Below, one piece after another: positions 38,381-49,580 of a stretch of 64,000 nt of DNA. Location of the stretch: contig OZ336894.1 in the NCBI GenBank assembly GCA_965287045.1, forward strand, positions 35,650,001 through 35,714,000, read 5' to 3'. This DNA is from Carcharhinus amblyrhynchos. Lineage: Eukaryota. How positions within the stretch are numbered: position 1 is the first letter of the stretch; every line of letters starts with the position of its first letter. The position numbers and the translations under genes are program-made. The notes beneath the pieces are model-generated. The model was not told the DNA's origin. It worked only from the letters and a program-made list of their open reading frames with translations, and did no database searches.

Positions 38381-39479
38381 TCCCTCCTCATCCTTCTAAA
38401 CTCCATCGTAAACAGACCCAGAGTCCTCAAATCCTGTAGACGTTTTATTCATTACATAAACCCGTTTCAGTGTTAGGAAGGTCATCGATAGGGCAGCTGT
38501 GGGACAATCGATCTTCACACAGAAGATAATGGACAATTGGAATTGTCTGGATGAAAAAGCAGGATCACTTAACTTATTTAAACCACAAGCTAGATACTGC
38601 AGCGGCCAAATGGTGGGTCAGTAATTTGGAAAGATGAGAATCAGTGCACTGAACTGCTTTCTTCATCCAAATCATAGAAATCATAAAATCCCCTACAGTG
38701 CAGAAAGAGGCCATTCATCCCTTCGAGCCTACTCTGCCATTCAGTGTGATCATGGCTAATCATCAAATTCAATATCCTGATCCATCCTTTCTCCCATTTC
38801 CCTTGGTCCCTTTTGCATCAAGAGTTACATCTAATCTCTTCCTGAAGACCAGACAATTTTGCCCTCAACTACATTCTGTGGCAGCAAATTCCACATATTC
38901 ACCACCCTCTGGGTGAAGAAATTCCTCTTCACCTCAGTTCTAAAAAGTTTTAGTCCTTATCCTCAAACGATGACCCCCTAGTTCTGAACCCTATCACAAT
39001 TGGGAACATTCTTTCTGAATCTACCCTGTCCAACCCTGTTCAAATTTTAATCCCTTGAACTACAAGGTCTGGTTTGCACTGCGGGCTTTGAATAAATTAA
39101 AATTTTGTCCAATCACATCAGCAGGGCCCCCCCCCCAGATGAGATCGCAGCCATGTAGTCTCTCTTGGGTAGTGGCAAATCAGTTTCTTTTCTGCAAGTT
39201 ACTTTTCTGAGTGTTAATACACTCTCTTTACTTAGAACGACTACATTAGAACTTTCAAAGAAATAGCTGGAAGTTTGCAGGAAAATATAATTATTTTGAT
39301 TTGCCAGAAGGGGAACATTGGAGTGTTTTTATTCTTCAGGCTCACATAGTGAACAGCAAGGTCAAGAAAAGAAACATGAGATTACTTCAAAAGGCCGAGG
39401 ATTTCAAATGAATCTATATTTTCCCTCTTTTCTTTAACTCTGATATGCCTGGCAGGTTTTGGGAAACAGAGGGAGCTCT

Positions 39480-39870
39480 GGGGTGGCACAGTGGTTAGCA
39501 GTGCTGTCTCACAGCGCCAGGGACCTGGGTTCAATTCCCGGTGGGTTAGCACTGCACCTTCACAGCTCCAGGGCCCTGGGTTTGATTCCCGGCTCAGGTC
39601 ACTGTCTGTGTGGATTTTGCACATTCTCCTTGTGTCTGTGTGGATTTCTTCCGGGTGCTCCGGTTTCCTCCCACAGTCCAAAGATGTGCCGGTTAGGTTG
39701 ATTGGCCATGCTAAAATTGCCCTTTAGCGTCCTGAGATGTGTAGGTTAGAGGGATTAGTGGGTAAATGTGTAGGGATATGGGGGGTTAAAGCCTGAATGG
39801 GATTGTGGTCGGTGCAGTCTCGATGGGCTGAATGGCCTCTTTCTGCACTGTAGGGTTCTACGATTCTATG
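39480..39870 (+). mobile_element. HE1-like SINE, type A, with duplicated tRNA-like head
   Basis: The ggttagca..cacagc..caggg..ctgggtt..attcccgg unit occurs twice in tandem before the core. Confidence 0.88.
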
Positions 39871-41470
39871 AAAAGCCAATTGAGCCTCTTTTCCTCATGT
39901 GAACTTGGCTCGGTTGATAAGCTGTCACTTCAAATTCAGAAGACAATGGATTCAAGCCGGAAGTTCGCAAAAATCTAAATAATTGTGCAGCTGAATACGG
40001 AAAGTGCTGGGAACTAAAAAAGTAATTAACAGGGCCAACAAGGGGATATGAGAATCGATTGTATGTAACATGAAAGGGAACACCACGAAATAACTTCATA
40101 AATTGTAAAGTGGCAATTAAAGGAGGGCTGAGGCCAATTAGGAAACAATAAAGGAGAACTTCTTGTGGAGGCAGAGGATGTGCTAATGTGTTGAGTGAGT
40201 GTATTACATCTACTTTCACAAAAAAAGGGAATGTTGCTAATATTATAGTGGAGGAGGAGGTGATAGAGAGCTAGGGATGAGATAAAAACGGACAGTGAAG
40301 AGGTAGTGAAGGCTCAAAGTCAAAAGACTGAGATGGGGTGCATCCGAGGTTGCTGAGGGAAATAGAGATGGGAACGATGGTGGTTGTGACCACAATCGCC
40401 CAATCTTTAGAGGTGGGAGTCGTGCCAGAGGACTGGAGGTTTGAAAATGCTGTACCGTGTTCAGAAAAGGGGAGGTGGACGGCATGGTGGCACACTGGTT
40501 AGCACTACTGCCTCACAGCACCAGGGACACAGGTTTGATTCCTGGCTTGGATCACTGTCTGTGTGGAGTCGGCACATTCTGACTACGTGGGTTTCCTCCT
40601 GGTGCTTCGATTTCCTCCTACAGACCGAAAGACGTGTTGGTTAGGTGCATTGGCTGTGCTAAATTCTCCCTCATTGTACCCGAACAGGGGTGGGAGTGTG
40701 GTGGCTAGGGGATTTTCATTGCAGAGTCAATGTAAGCCTACTTTGACACTAATAAACTTAAAAAATGGATAAATCTAGCAAATATGGGTCAGTCAGCCTA
40801 ACGTCAATCAACAAGTGAAATGCAGCACACCTTTGTTAAAGATGGATAATTTTGCACTGATTTGTAGCATTGTTTGATGGAATAGCGGAAAGGATTGTTG
40901 AGGATGATATGGCTACTGTTGTCCATTGGATCTTCCAAAAGTATCTGCTGAATTAGACCTGCGAGGAAAATTTGAAGCTTGTGCCACATCGGCTAGAGGC
41001 AGTGTGGATATAAAACTGGTTCATGGATGAAAAACAAAGAGTAGTAATGGAAGATTATTTTTCAGACTGGAGGGGACATATACAGATGTGTTCCCCAGGT
41101 GTTAGGACCACTGCTCTTTTTCATGCACATTAATGGCTCGGACTTCTTAAATAAGGCATAATTTCAAATCTGCAAACAATCTAATCCTCAGAACTGTCAT
41201 CAATGATGATGAGGATCAAGGTAGATTTCAGGAGGACATAGATGCAAGTGAAATTGGCAGACTCATGGCAAATTAAATTTAACACGGAGAAAAGTAAAGC
41301 GAAACACTTGCGAGGGAAGAATGGGGAGGCGTAACACAAATTAAATGCTGCAATTTTAAATGGAGATTTGGGGGTTTGCAGGCAAAAATCTTTGAAGTTT
41401 GCAAGACATGTTGATAAGATTATTACTAAAGCATAGTGGATTCCATGCTTTATAAATAGGGGCATAAAAG
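39870..41470 (+). mobile_element. Highly degenerate CR1 ORF2 fragment interrupted by a SINE (about 40478-40760)
   Basis: Remnants of DGVHPRLLRE, PEDWR and VPQ..GP motifs in collinear order. Confidence 0.65.
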
Positions 41471-42175
41471 TAAAATTGTTAGGGGTTTATGCAAAGTCTT
41501 TATGATTCACTTGTCAAGGGTCAAATGGAATGTAGTATTGCTTAACTTAACATTCTAGTTGTATTCTGTAAAAGAGCGATTTAAAGTAAAACATTGTTAA
41601 GTAATTCAGGTTTTCCTGTAGCAATTAATATGTTGTAGTGATACCAAGTGAGTCTCTCCCCCATTCACCAATGGCTCCCTCCCTTATCCCCACTGACTCG
41701 CACTCTTGATCCCCAGTGACTCTCTCCCCTGATCCCCGCCGAGTCCCTCGTTTCTGTTACCTCGATGTGAAAACAGCGAATCAATGTTTCTTACGAATAT
41801 TTCAGAGTGTGGTGATGAGCAAGGTGGAACAAAGTTGAGAGTGAGACACTGAGTGGGGCAGCTAGCAGGGCAGAAACACAGTGGGAGTGAGACAGCAAAA
41901 CGGTCAGCGAACAGGGCAGTGACGTGGTTGCTGAGAGGGTCAGTAACAACATAACATCAAACATCATGACTTTTAAAAGGACATATCCTCCCAATTACAC
42001 TGGTGACATTTTAATGAAATAAAACAATAAATGGATCATCATTTATGGGAGGTACCACTGAATTATGTCTCATTATGGGCACTGCACTCTGAGAAGAGTG
42101 TTAATGAATCAGAGAAAGTGCAGAAAACATTTACTAGAACGGTATTAGGGTTAAGGGACACCAGATATAGAGTCT

Positions 42176-42788
42176 TGTGTGGAATCTTACAAGAACAATT
42201 CCTGTGTTCAGCTGGCATGAAAATGGGAGAGTTGCAGATCTGTTTCTCTGTTAAGTTTCTACTCCCAATCTTGTGCACATAGTGCATGAAAAAATGGGCT
42301 AGACAGTTTCTCGCTGCTAGAGGCAGTGGGTGGGACCAAACGCGCTTCTTCAATCAGCAGAGGGAGCTATTGCGCAAGTGCAGACCTCTGTGTCAGGCCC
42401 AATGGGCTGACCCCCCCCTTGCCCTCGGCCATCCTAGAGGACCTCAACGGCCACTGGTTCTACCACCGAGGGCAAAACTCCCTGTTGATGGGGAGGTGTT
42501 TTCCTCACCGGAGAGAACCTCTACAAGTGAGGCCATAAAGGTAAGTGAGCACGGATGTTTGAAAGGCAGGCTCACTAATCACATGGAAAACTCGATTCAA
42601 ATAAATCTGAATAAATTATTCAGCTTCCCGCCGGAAGTGGGATAGAGGCTGACTGTGCCAAAAGTCTGGTTCCGGTAAGGTCACGAGATCTGAGAAATCA
42701 GGCACAATCCTGATTTCTCAGCTCTTGCACTATTTTACCAGCTCACTCTTCTCATCAATGGGTGGGGTGAACTGGTAAAATCGAGACC
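42176..42788. mobile_element. Longer MITE-like/non-autonomous DNA transposon
   Basis: Ends gtggaatcttac..ggtaaaatcg. Its left 170 bp is the reverse complement of the right end of the 57403-57876 copy. Confidence 0.55.
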
Positions 42789-43019
42789 ATAGAATGTTAC
42801 AGCGCAAAAGAAGGCCCTTTGACCCATCATATATCTGTTAGCCATCAAGCTCATATCAATTTTAATACCATTTTCCAGCACTTAGTCCAAAAGCCTTTTC
42901 TGCTATGACATTTTGTGTGCTTACCTAAATGTTTCTTAAATGGTGTGACGGTTCCCACCTCTATCCCTTCTTTCAGGCAGGGAGAAAACCACCAACACCT
43001 CTACTGCACACCCCATACA

Positions 43020-43530
43020 TAGATTCATAGAGGTTTACAGCATGGAAACAGACTCTTTGGCCGAACTTCATCATGCTGCCCTTTTTTTTTTAAATCACTG
43101 AGCTAGTCCCAATTGCCCGCGTTTGGCTCATGTCCCTCTATATCCATCTTACCCATGTAGTTTTCTAAACGCTTTTTAAATGACAATATTGTACCCACCT
43201 CTCCTACTACCTCTAGCAGCTTGTTCCAAATCCTCACTACCCTCTGTGAAGAAACTGCCCCTCTGGATACTTCTGTATCTCTCCCAACTCACCGTAACCC
43301 TATGTCCTCTAGTTTTAAACTCCCCTATTTTTGGGAAAAGATGTTGACTATCTAGCTGATCTATGCCCCTCATTATTTTATAGACCTCTATAAGATCACC
43401 CCTCAGTTTTCGATGCCTCTTCTTATAACTCAAACCATCAAGTCCCGGTAGTAGCATCCTAATAAATCTTTTTTGCATTCTTTCTGGTTTAATAATACCC
43501 TTTCTATAATAGAGTGCATTACATTACTAT
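43020..43530 (-). mobile_element. CR1 LINE 3' fragment
   Basis: QKRFIRML..LRGDLIEVYKIMRGID..TRGH and tail ..ccatgctgtaaacctctatgaatctatg. Confidence 0.85.
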
Positions 43531-45525
43531 TCTATAATAGGGTAACATATTCTAATCCACCTTCTTCCATTGGGAAAATGATACAAACGTCTTAAAACAT
43601 GTACCAGCCGACTCAAGAACAGCTTCTTCCCTACTGCCATCAGACTTTCGAATGGTCCTGTCACATATTAAGCTGATCTTACTCCTCACCCTATCGGCAA
43701 CTGTGGTAACATTGTATCAGTTCAATTCAATTCCACATTCCCACAACCCTTGGGTACAAAGGATTTCTTTCAAATCCCCGCTAAATCTTCTACCCCTTAA
43801 CTTAAACCTGTGTGCCCTGGTAGTGATCCCTCTACAAAGAGAAAAAGATTTTTCATATCTACTCCATCTATGACCCTCATAATTTTATACAACTTGATCA
43901 GGTTCCTCCTCAGTCTTCTCTGCTCTAAGGAAAACAAATCTGAGCCTAGCCATGTACAGACAGACGACAGGGGATGACAAAGGGGACACTTAATAGAGGC
44001 ATTCAAAAGAATGAGGACTAAATAATCAAAGCTGGCTGCTTTGTCCTGAGCAGCGTTAGGCTTCTTGAGTATTGTTTGAGCTGCACCCATCTAGATAAGT
44101 GGGAGAATTCCACCACTCTCCTGAAATATGCAACAAGTTGTAACAATCTGGAATTCACTGAGTGAAAGAGTGATGAAAGCAGGTTCAACAGTTCCTTTGA
44201 GAATGGAATTGGGTAAATATTTGAATGGTTTATGAGGAATAGCAGCGGAGTGGGACTGCTTGGAAAGAAAGACCTGACGCTGAAACAATGGCTTTCCCCT
44301 GTGCTTGCAAGATACTATAATTCAATGACTTTAACTTGTAATTACATCGTCATATCATCTGATCAACTGTGAACCTGGAAAGCAGGGGTCATTACACCAC
44401 ATGAAATACAAATGGAATTCACTACCACCGAATGCAATTGAGGCCAAAATATTGTCTGATTTCGGGAAGGAATTAGATATACTCTTGGGGCTAAAGGGAT
44501 CAAGGGATATGGGAGGATGGGAGATCAGGATATTGAATTTGATGATCAAGATGAATGGAGCACGTTCGAAGGGCCACATGGTCTACTCCTGCTTCGAGTT
44601 TCTATGTTAAAGTGATGATGGGACACATCTGAAAATAATCTCAGAAGCTGAAGTTGAGGGTCGCTGCAATAATTCTTCAGAATAAATCCAACAATTCCCA
44701 AAAAGGAATAATATTAACACCGCCTGTTTATGATTTGTACTTTTTAAGATTAATTTTACACATTCCATCATTGTCAGTTCAAACTGGGTTTGGGGGGGGA
44801 GAGTTTTACAATGAGTCAGCTGAGCTGTGAGGAGGCTGCAAGCCACAGCAGATCAGCACTGACTTGGAGGTGTTTTCAGTTCAAATTCGAGTGCTAATAC
44901 GGTTTCTTCAAAATGTTCTGAGTTAGCAACTGTGAACCCAATTCCCTGCTTAAATAAAAGCACTGCCCAATAACCATTGCCCATCAGAAAGCTGAACTTA
45001 ATGAAAGAATGTGCGAGTTAATTAAATTTGCTACATATTAGAAAACTGCCCGTGGTGCGTGGGCCGTTCGCTGCCGAATAATGTCTTTCTTATAAACAGC
45101 TTGTATGCAACACAAGATAGTGATAGAGAAGTTGTTGTCGATTTCAGAAACTCATTTGATAGATCTAGTGAGCTACCAAAGGGTGTGAATATGTTGTGAC
45201 AGGTGATGCATGAAAATTGAAAGGGATATATTGACATCGCATTTTGCAATGTTAAGTGTTGACATTGAAAGCTCGGCCATATATATCATGATAAGTAAAC
45301 AAATCAATGTCTGGCCCCCACAAAAGATTGTTTTATAAAACAGAAACACTTTCAAAGAGGGAGTTGCAGTTGCATGCTAAGTCATTCAGTGTACATTTTT
45401 AAAGTTCATTCATGGGATGTGGGTGTCGCTGGCTGGGTCTGCATTTATTGCCCATCCTTAAGGGCATTTAAGAGTTAAACACATTACTGAGGGTCTGGAG
45501 TCATATGTAGGCCAGACCAGGTAAG

Positions 45526-45741
45526 CATGATGTGCAGATGCCGGCGTTGGACTGAGGTGGACAAAGTAAGAAGTCACACAACACCAGGTTAAAGTCCAAC
45601 AGGTTTATTTGGAATCACGAGCTTTCAGAGCGCTGCTCCTTGAGCACTGTTCATTCACCTGACGAAGGAGCAGCGCTCCGAAAACTCATGATACCAAATA
45701 AACTGTTGTACTTTAATCTGGTGCTGTGAGACTTTTTACTG
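45526..45741. mobile_element. Fold-back PLE pLTR derivative with hammerhead core and 12-bp TSD
   Basis: Inverted arms. Core CTGACGA(45659-45665)-aGGAGC agc GCTCC-GAAA(45680-45683). Flanks AGACCAGGTAAG (45514-45525) and AGATCAGGTAAG (45742-45753). Confidence 0.8.
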
Positions 45742-47132
45742 AGATCAGGTAAGGACAGCAGATTTCCTTCCCTCAAGGATATTAGGGGACTGGATGGGTT
45801 TTTCCAACAATTAAAAATCATTTCATTATCATCACTTAACTTTCACTTCCAGATTTTTTTTTAAACTTGAATTCAAATTTCACTACCTGCCTTGGTGGGA
45901 TTCAAATCCCAGTCCCTCGAAGATTACCCTGGACCTCTGGATTACTAGTCCAGTGACAGTACCACAGCATAGTCCAAAGGTGTGCAGTTTGTGTGGATTG
46001 GCCATGGTAAATACATGGGGTTATGGGGATAGGGCAGAGGGGGACGGTGGCATGGGCCTGGGTAAAATGCTTTTTCGGATAGTCGGCAAAGACTCAATGG
46101 GCTGAATGGCCTCCTCCTGCACTATAGGGAATTCTATGATATTTTCTTTCTATGCCACTGCACCCCCTAAAAATCCACCTTTATAATTTCATTCACTGAT
46201 ATCAGTCCGGTAAATAGTGAATGTGTTAAGTTAGATGGCGGGATTACAGGGTTCGAGATTGAAGGAGAAATGTTCAATAGTTCCTTGTTCCATTCACTGA
46301 TGAAAACTGCACTATTACAGCCATTTCTCACCATGTTCTTCTCTGGGGACTGCCATAAAGAATGAAAACAAATCGACAGTGACTAGAATATAAATACAAA
46401 CCCAGAAATATGGAAAGGTTTATGGCCGTTTGGTCCATTGTGTCTGTGCCATCAGAAAGAGATCTATCCATTGTAATTCCACTCCAGGTCTTGGTCTGTA
46501 GTTCACTTCTATGCATCATCTCAAGCGCATATCCAAACATTTTTAAAAATCTGCCTTTTAGACAGTGAGCTCCAGACTCCAACCAAGTTCAAGTTTATTT
46601 ATTAGTCTCACATGTAGGCTTATATTCACAATGTAACGGAGTTATTGAGAAAATCCTCTAGTCACCACACTTTGGCGCCGGTTCTGGCACACTGAGGGAG
46701 AATTTAGCATGGCCAACGCACTTAACCAGCATGTCTTTGGACACCACCAATAAGATGGTGAATAAAAAGAATATTCCTCCTCAATTTCCCTTCTGTCCTT
46801 CTACCAATTATTGCAAAACTATGCCTGGTTACTGGTCTCTCCGCTAATGCAAATAGTTCATTTCTATCCACTCTATTTAGGCACCTCAGAAATTTCTACA
46901 CCTCAGTCAATCCCTCCCTCAGCCTCTTGTATTGGGAAAAACAACCCCAACCTGTCCGATCTTTCCTCCAAGATATTCTCCATTCCATATAAATCTCTTC
47001 TGTCTCTCATCTCCAACATGATCGCCTCCTTCCTGTAATGGAGTGACCAGAACTGTGCACAGTCATCCAGCTGCAGACTAGCGAGTGTATGTAATATACA
47101 ATTCCAGCATTACATCCCTGTTCTTATAATCT

Positions 47133-47369
47133 CTGTAAGAAGTCTCACAACACCAGGTTAAAGACCAACAGGTTTATTTGGTAGCAAACCCCACTAGCTT
47201 TTGGAGCACTGTTCCTTCGTCAGATGGATGGGAGTTCTGACAAAGGAACAGTGCTCCGACAGCTAGCGGGATTTGCTACCAAATAAACCTGTTGGACTTT
47301 AACCTGGTGCTGTGAGACTTCTTCCTTTGTTTACCCCAGTACAACGCCGGCATCTCCACATCATGACTA
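47133..47369. mobile_element. Fold-back PLE pLTR derivative with 10-bp TSD
   Basis: Near-perfect inverted arms of the same family with degenerate hammerhead cores on both strands. CTTATAATCT occurs at 47123-47132 and 47370-47379. Confidence 0.8.
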
Positions 47370-48394
47370 CTTATAATCTATTCCATGGGCAATAAAGATA
47401 TTCATTCTTGATCATTTTATCTACCTGTCCTGCTACCTGCAGGGATCTGTGGACAGACACCTCAAGGCTCCCTATGTTTTGCTTGATAACACAGAAACAC
47501 AGAAGATAGGAACAGGAGAAGGCCATTTGACTCTTCAAGTCGGCTCCTCCATTCATTAAGATCATGGCTGATCACCCAACTCAATAGCCTAATGTTTTCC
47601 CTTGTCTTGCTTGTCCTCTCCAAATACAATTCCTCACACTTCCCCAGTTCAAATTTCATTTGACTGTTTTCTGCCCATGTAATTAGTCCATTAGTACCTT
47701 TCTGCAGTCTTCCTCTTATTTAACATCTTACTTCAAGCAGATATTTCCTCTTACTCAACCACATGGCCAATTTTCACATTATTTGCAAATTTCTTCATCA
47801 TACCCGCTACGTGTAAGTTTAAGCTCAAACAGCTTGGAATCTTGTACTGAGCCCCACAGAAACCCAGTGGAAAGCAGTCTCCCAGTCACAATAAACACCT
47901 GTCAACTATTGCTTCCGGTCACAGAGCCCATTTTGGCCCAACTTGGCACCCTCCCTCGGATCAAGTGAACTTTTAATTTTCCAACTAGTCTGCTATGTGA
48001 GATACTGTCGAAAGCCTCGCTAATCCTTCTGCAGCCTATACAACAAATGCACTTTCCTCAGTAACCCTCCCTGTTGTCATCTCAAAAAGTTTAGTCAAGT
48101 TAGTCAGACACAACCCTCCCTTTAATAAAGCAGTTCTGACTATCCTTGATTAATCCACGCCTCCCTCAATGAAAATTTATATTGTCTTGGAACCTTTTCC
48201 AATAAAATGGAAGTTAGGCTGACTGGTTTGTAATTACTTGGGCTGCCCTCATTTTTTAAACAACTGTACAACATTAGCATTCTCCCAGTCTTCTGGCACC
48301 ATGCCTGCAGACAGAGAGGATTAGAAAATGTAGATCAGAGCTTCCATTATTTCTTCCTTTAGCAACGTCGGATATATTGCATCCAATTTTAAGG

Positions 48395-48752
48395 ACAGTA
48401 AGAAGTCTCCCAACACAAGTTAAAGTCCAACAGGGTTTTTTAGAATCACGAGCTTTCAGAGCCCTGCCCCTTCATTAGGTGGGTGGAGGATTTGGTTCAC
48501 AAACACGGCATATATAGACAAAGGCACAATTGCAAGATAATGGTTGGAATGTAAGTCTTTTTCAGGTAATCAAGTCTTTACAGGTCCAGACAGTGGGAGT
48601 GGGGAGAGGGATAATCACAGGTTAAAGAGGTATGAATTGTCTCAAGCCAGGATAGTTGATAGGATTTTGCAAGCCCAAGTCAAATGGTAGGGGTTACACG
48701 GAGTGTGACATGAGCCCAAGATCCCAGTTGAGGCCGTCCTCTTGCGTGCAAA
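48395..48752 (-). mobile_element. 3' end of a Penelope-like element (ORF C-terminus + pLTR)
   Basis: Minus strand encodes ..TQEDGLNWDLGLMSH, resembling the 'GLN' motif that ends PLE GIY-YIG domains. It is followed by the same 3' region as about 30125-30411, including a mutated core (CTAATGA..GAAAGCTCGTGA). Confidence 0.75.
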
Positions 48753-49580
48753 AGATTTCCTGCCTCACCACATTTATCCCATCCAATGTTTCACACTCCT
48801 CCTGAGCCATAATGTCTACTTTAGCCTTCTCTCTCATGAAAATACACGCAATGTATACTATCATAACCAAGCCCACACCTTCTCTCTCCACATACATTTT
48901 CAGTTTTTAATACATTCAACTCTTTATCATTTTGCTCTTTATGTATTCATCAAACACCTTTAAGTTTTCCTTGATTTTACCTTTCAATATTTTCCATACT
49001 CTCAGTTTGTTTTCCTATTTTTTTTATTTTAATTTCACCCCAGCACTTTCTGTACTCTGCTAGGCATTTTGGAATGTTGCACTTTTGACATCTGACGTAA
49101 GCTTATGTTTTTTCATCCATCTCTTCGACACTTCAGAGGTCTAGACTTGTGAGTCCCACCCTTTTTGTGTGGGAGCATATTTGCTTTGAATACTTTTTCT
49201 CTCCACCTTCAGCGCCTCCCACGATGCCGACACCAACTTATTTACAAGTAGCTCTTCCCAGCCCACTTTGGCTAAAGCAGGTTTCAGCATTACAGAGAAT
49301 TGGCTTTTCCCCATTTTAAAACTTTTATTCTTGGTTTATCATTATCTTTTTCTCTGAATCTTTAAGTCTAACTGATTTATGATCATTAAGGATAAAATGC
49401 TAAAATATTTTACCAAGACGACACAAACCTTGGAATTAAATACTTCCTGCACAAATAATTTATTTGGACTACATCAGTTCCATTTTTTAATTGAGATGGT
49501 GGTGGGGCCTCGATAATGGTAGTCAGTATATTGTTAGATCATTTGATGGGTAAAAAGTAAAATTAGGTCCGGCAGATAAT

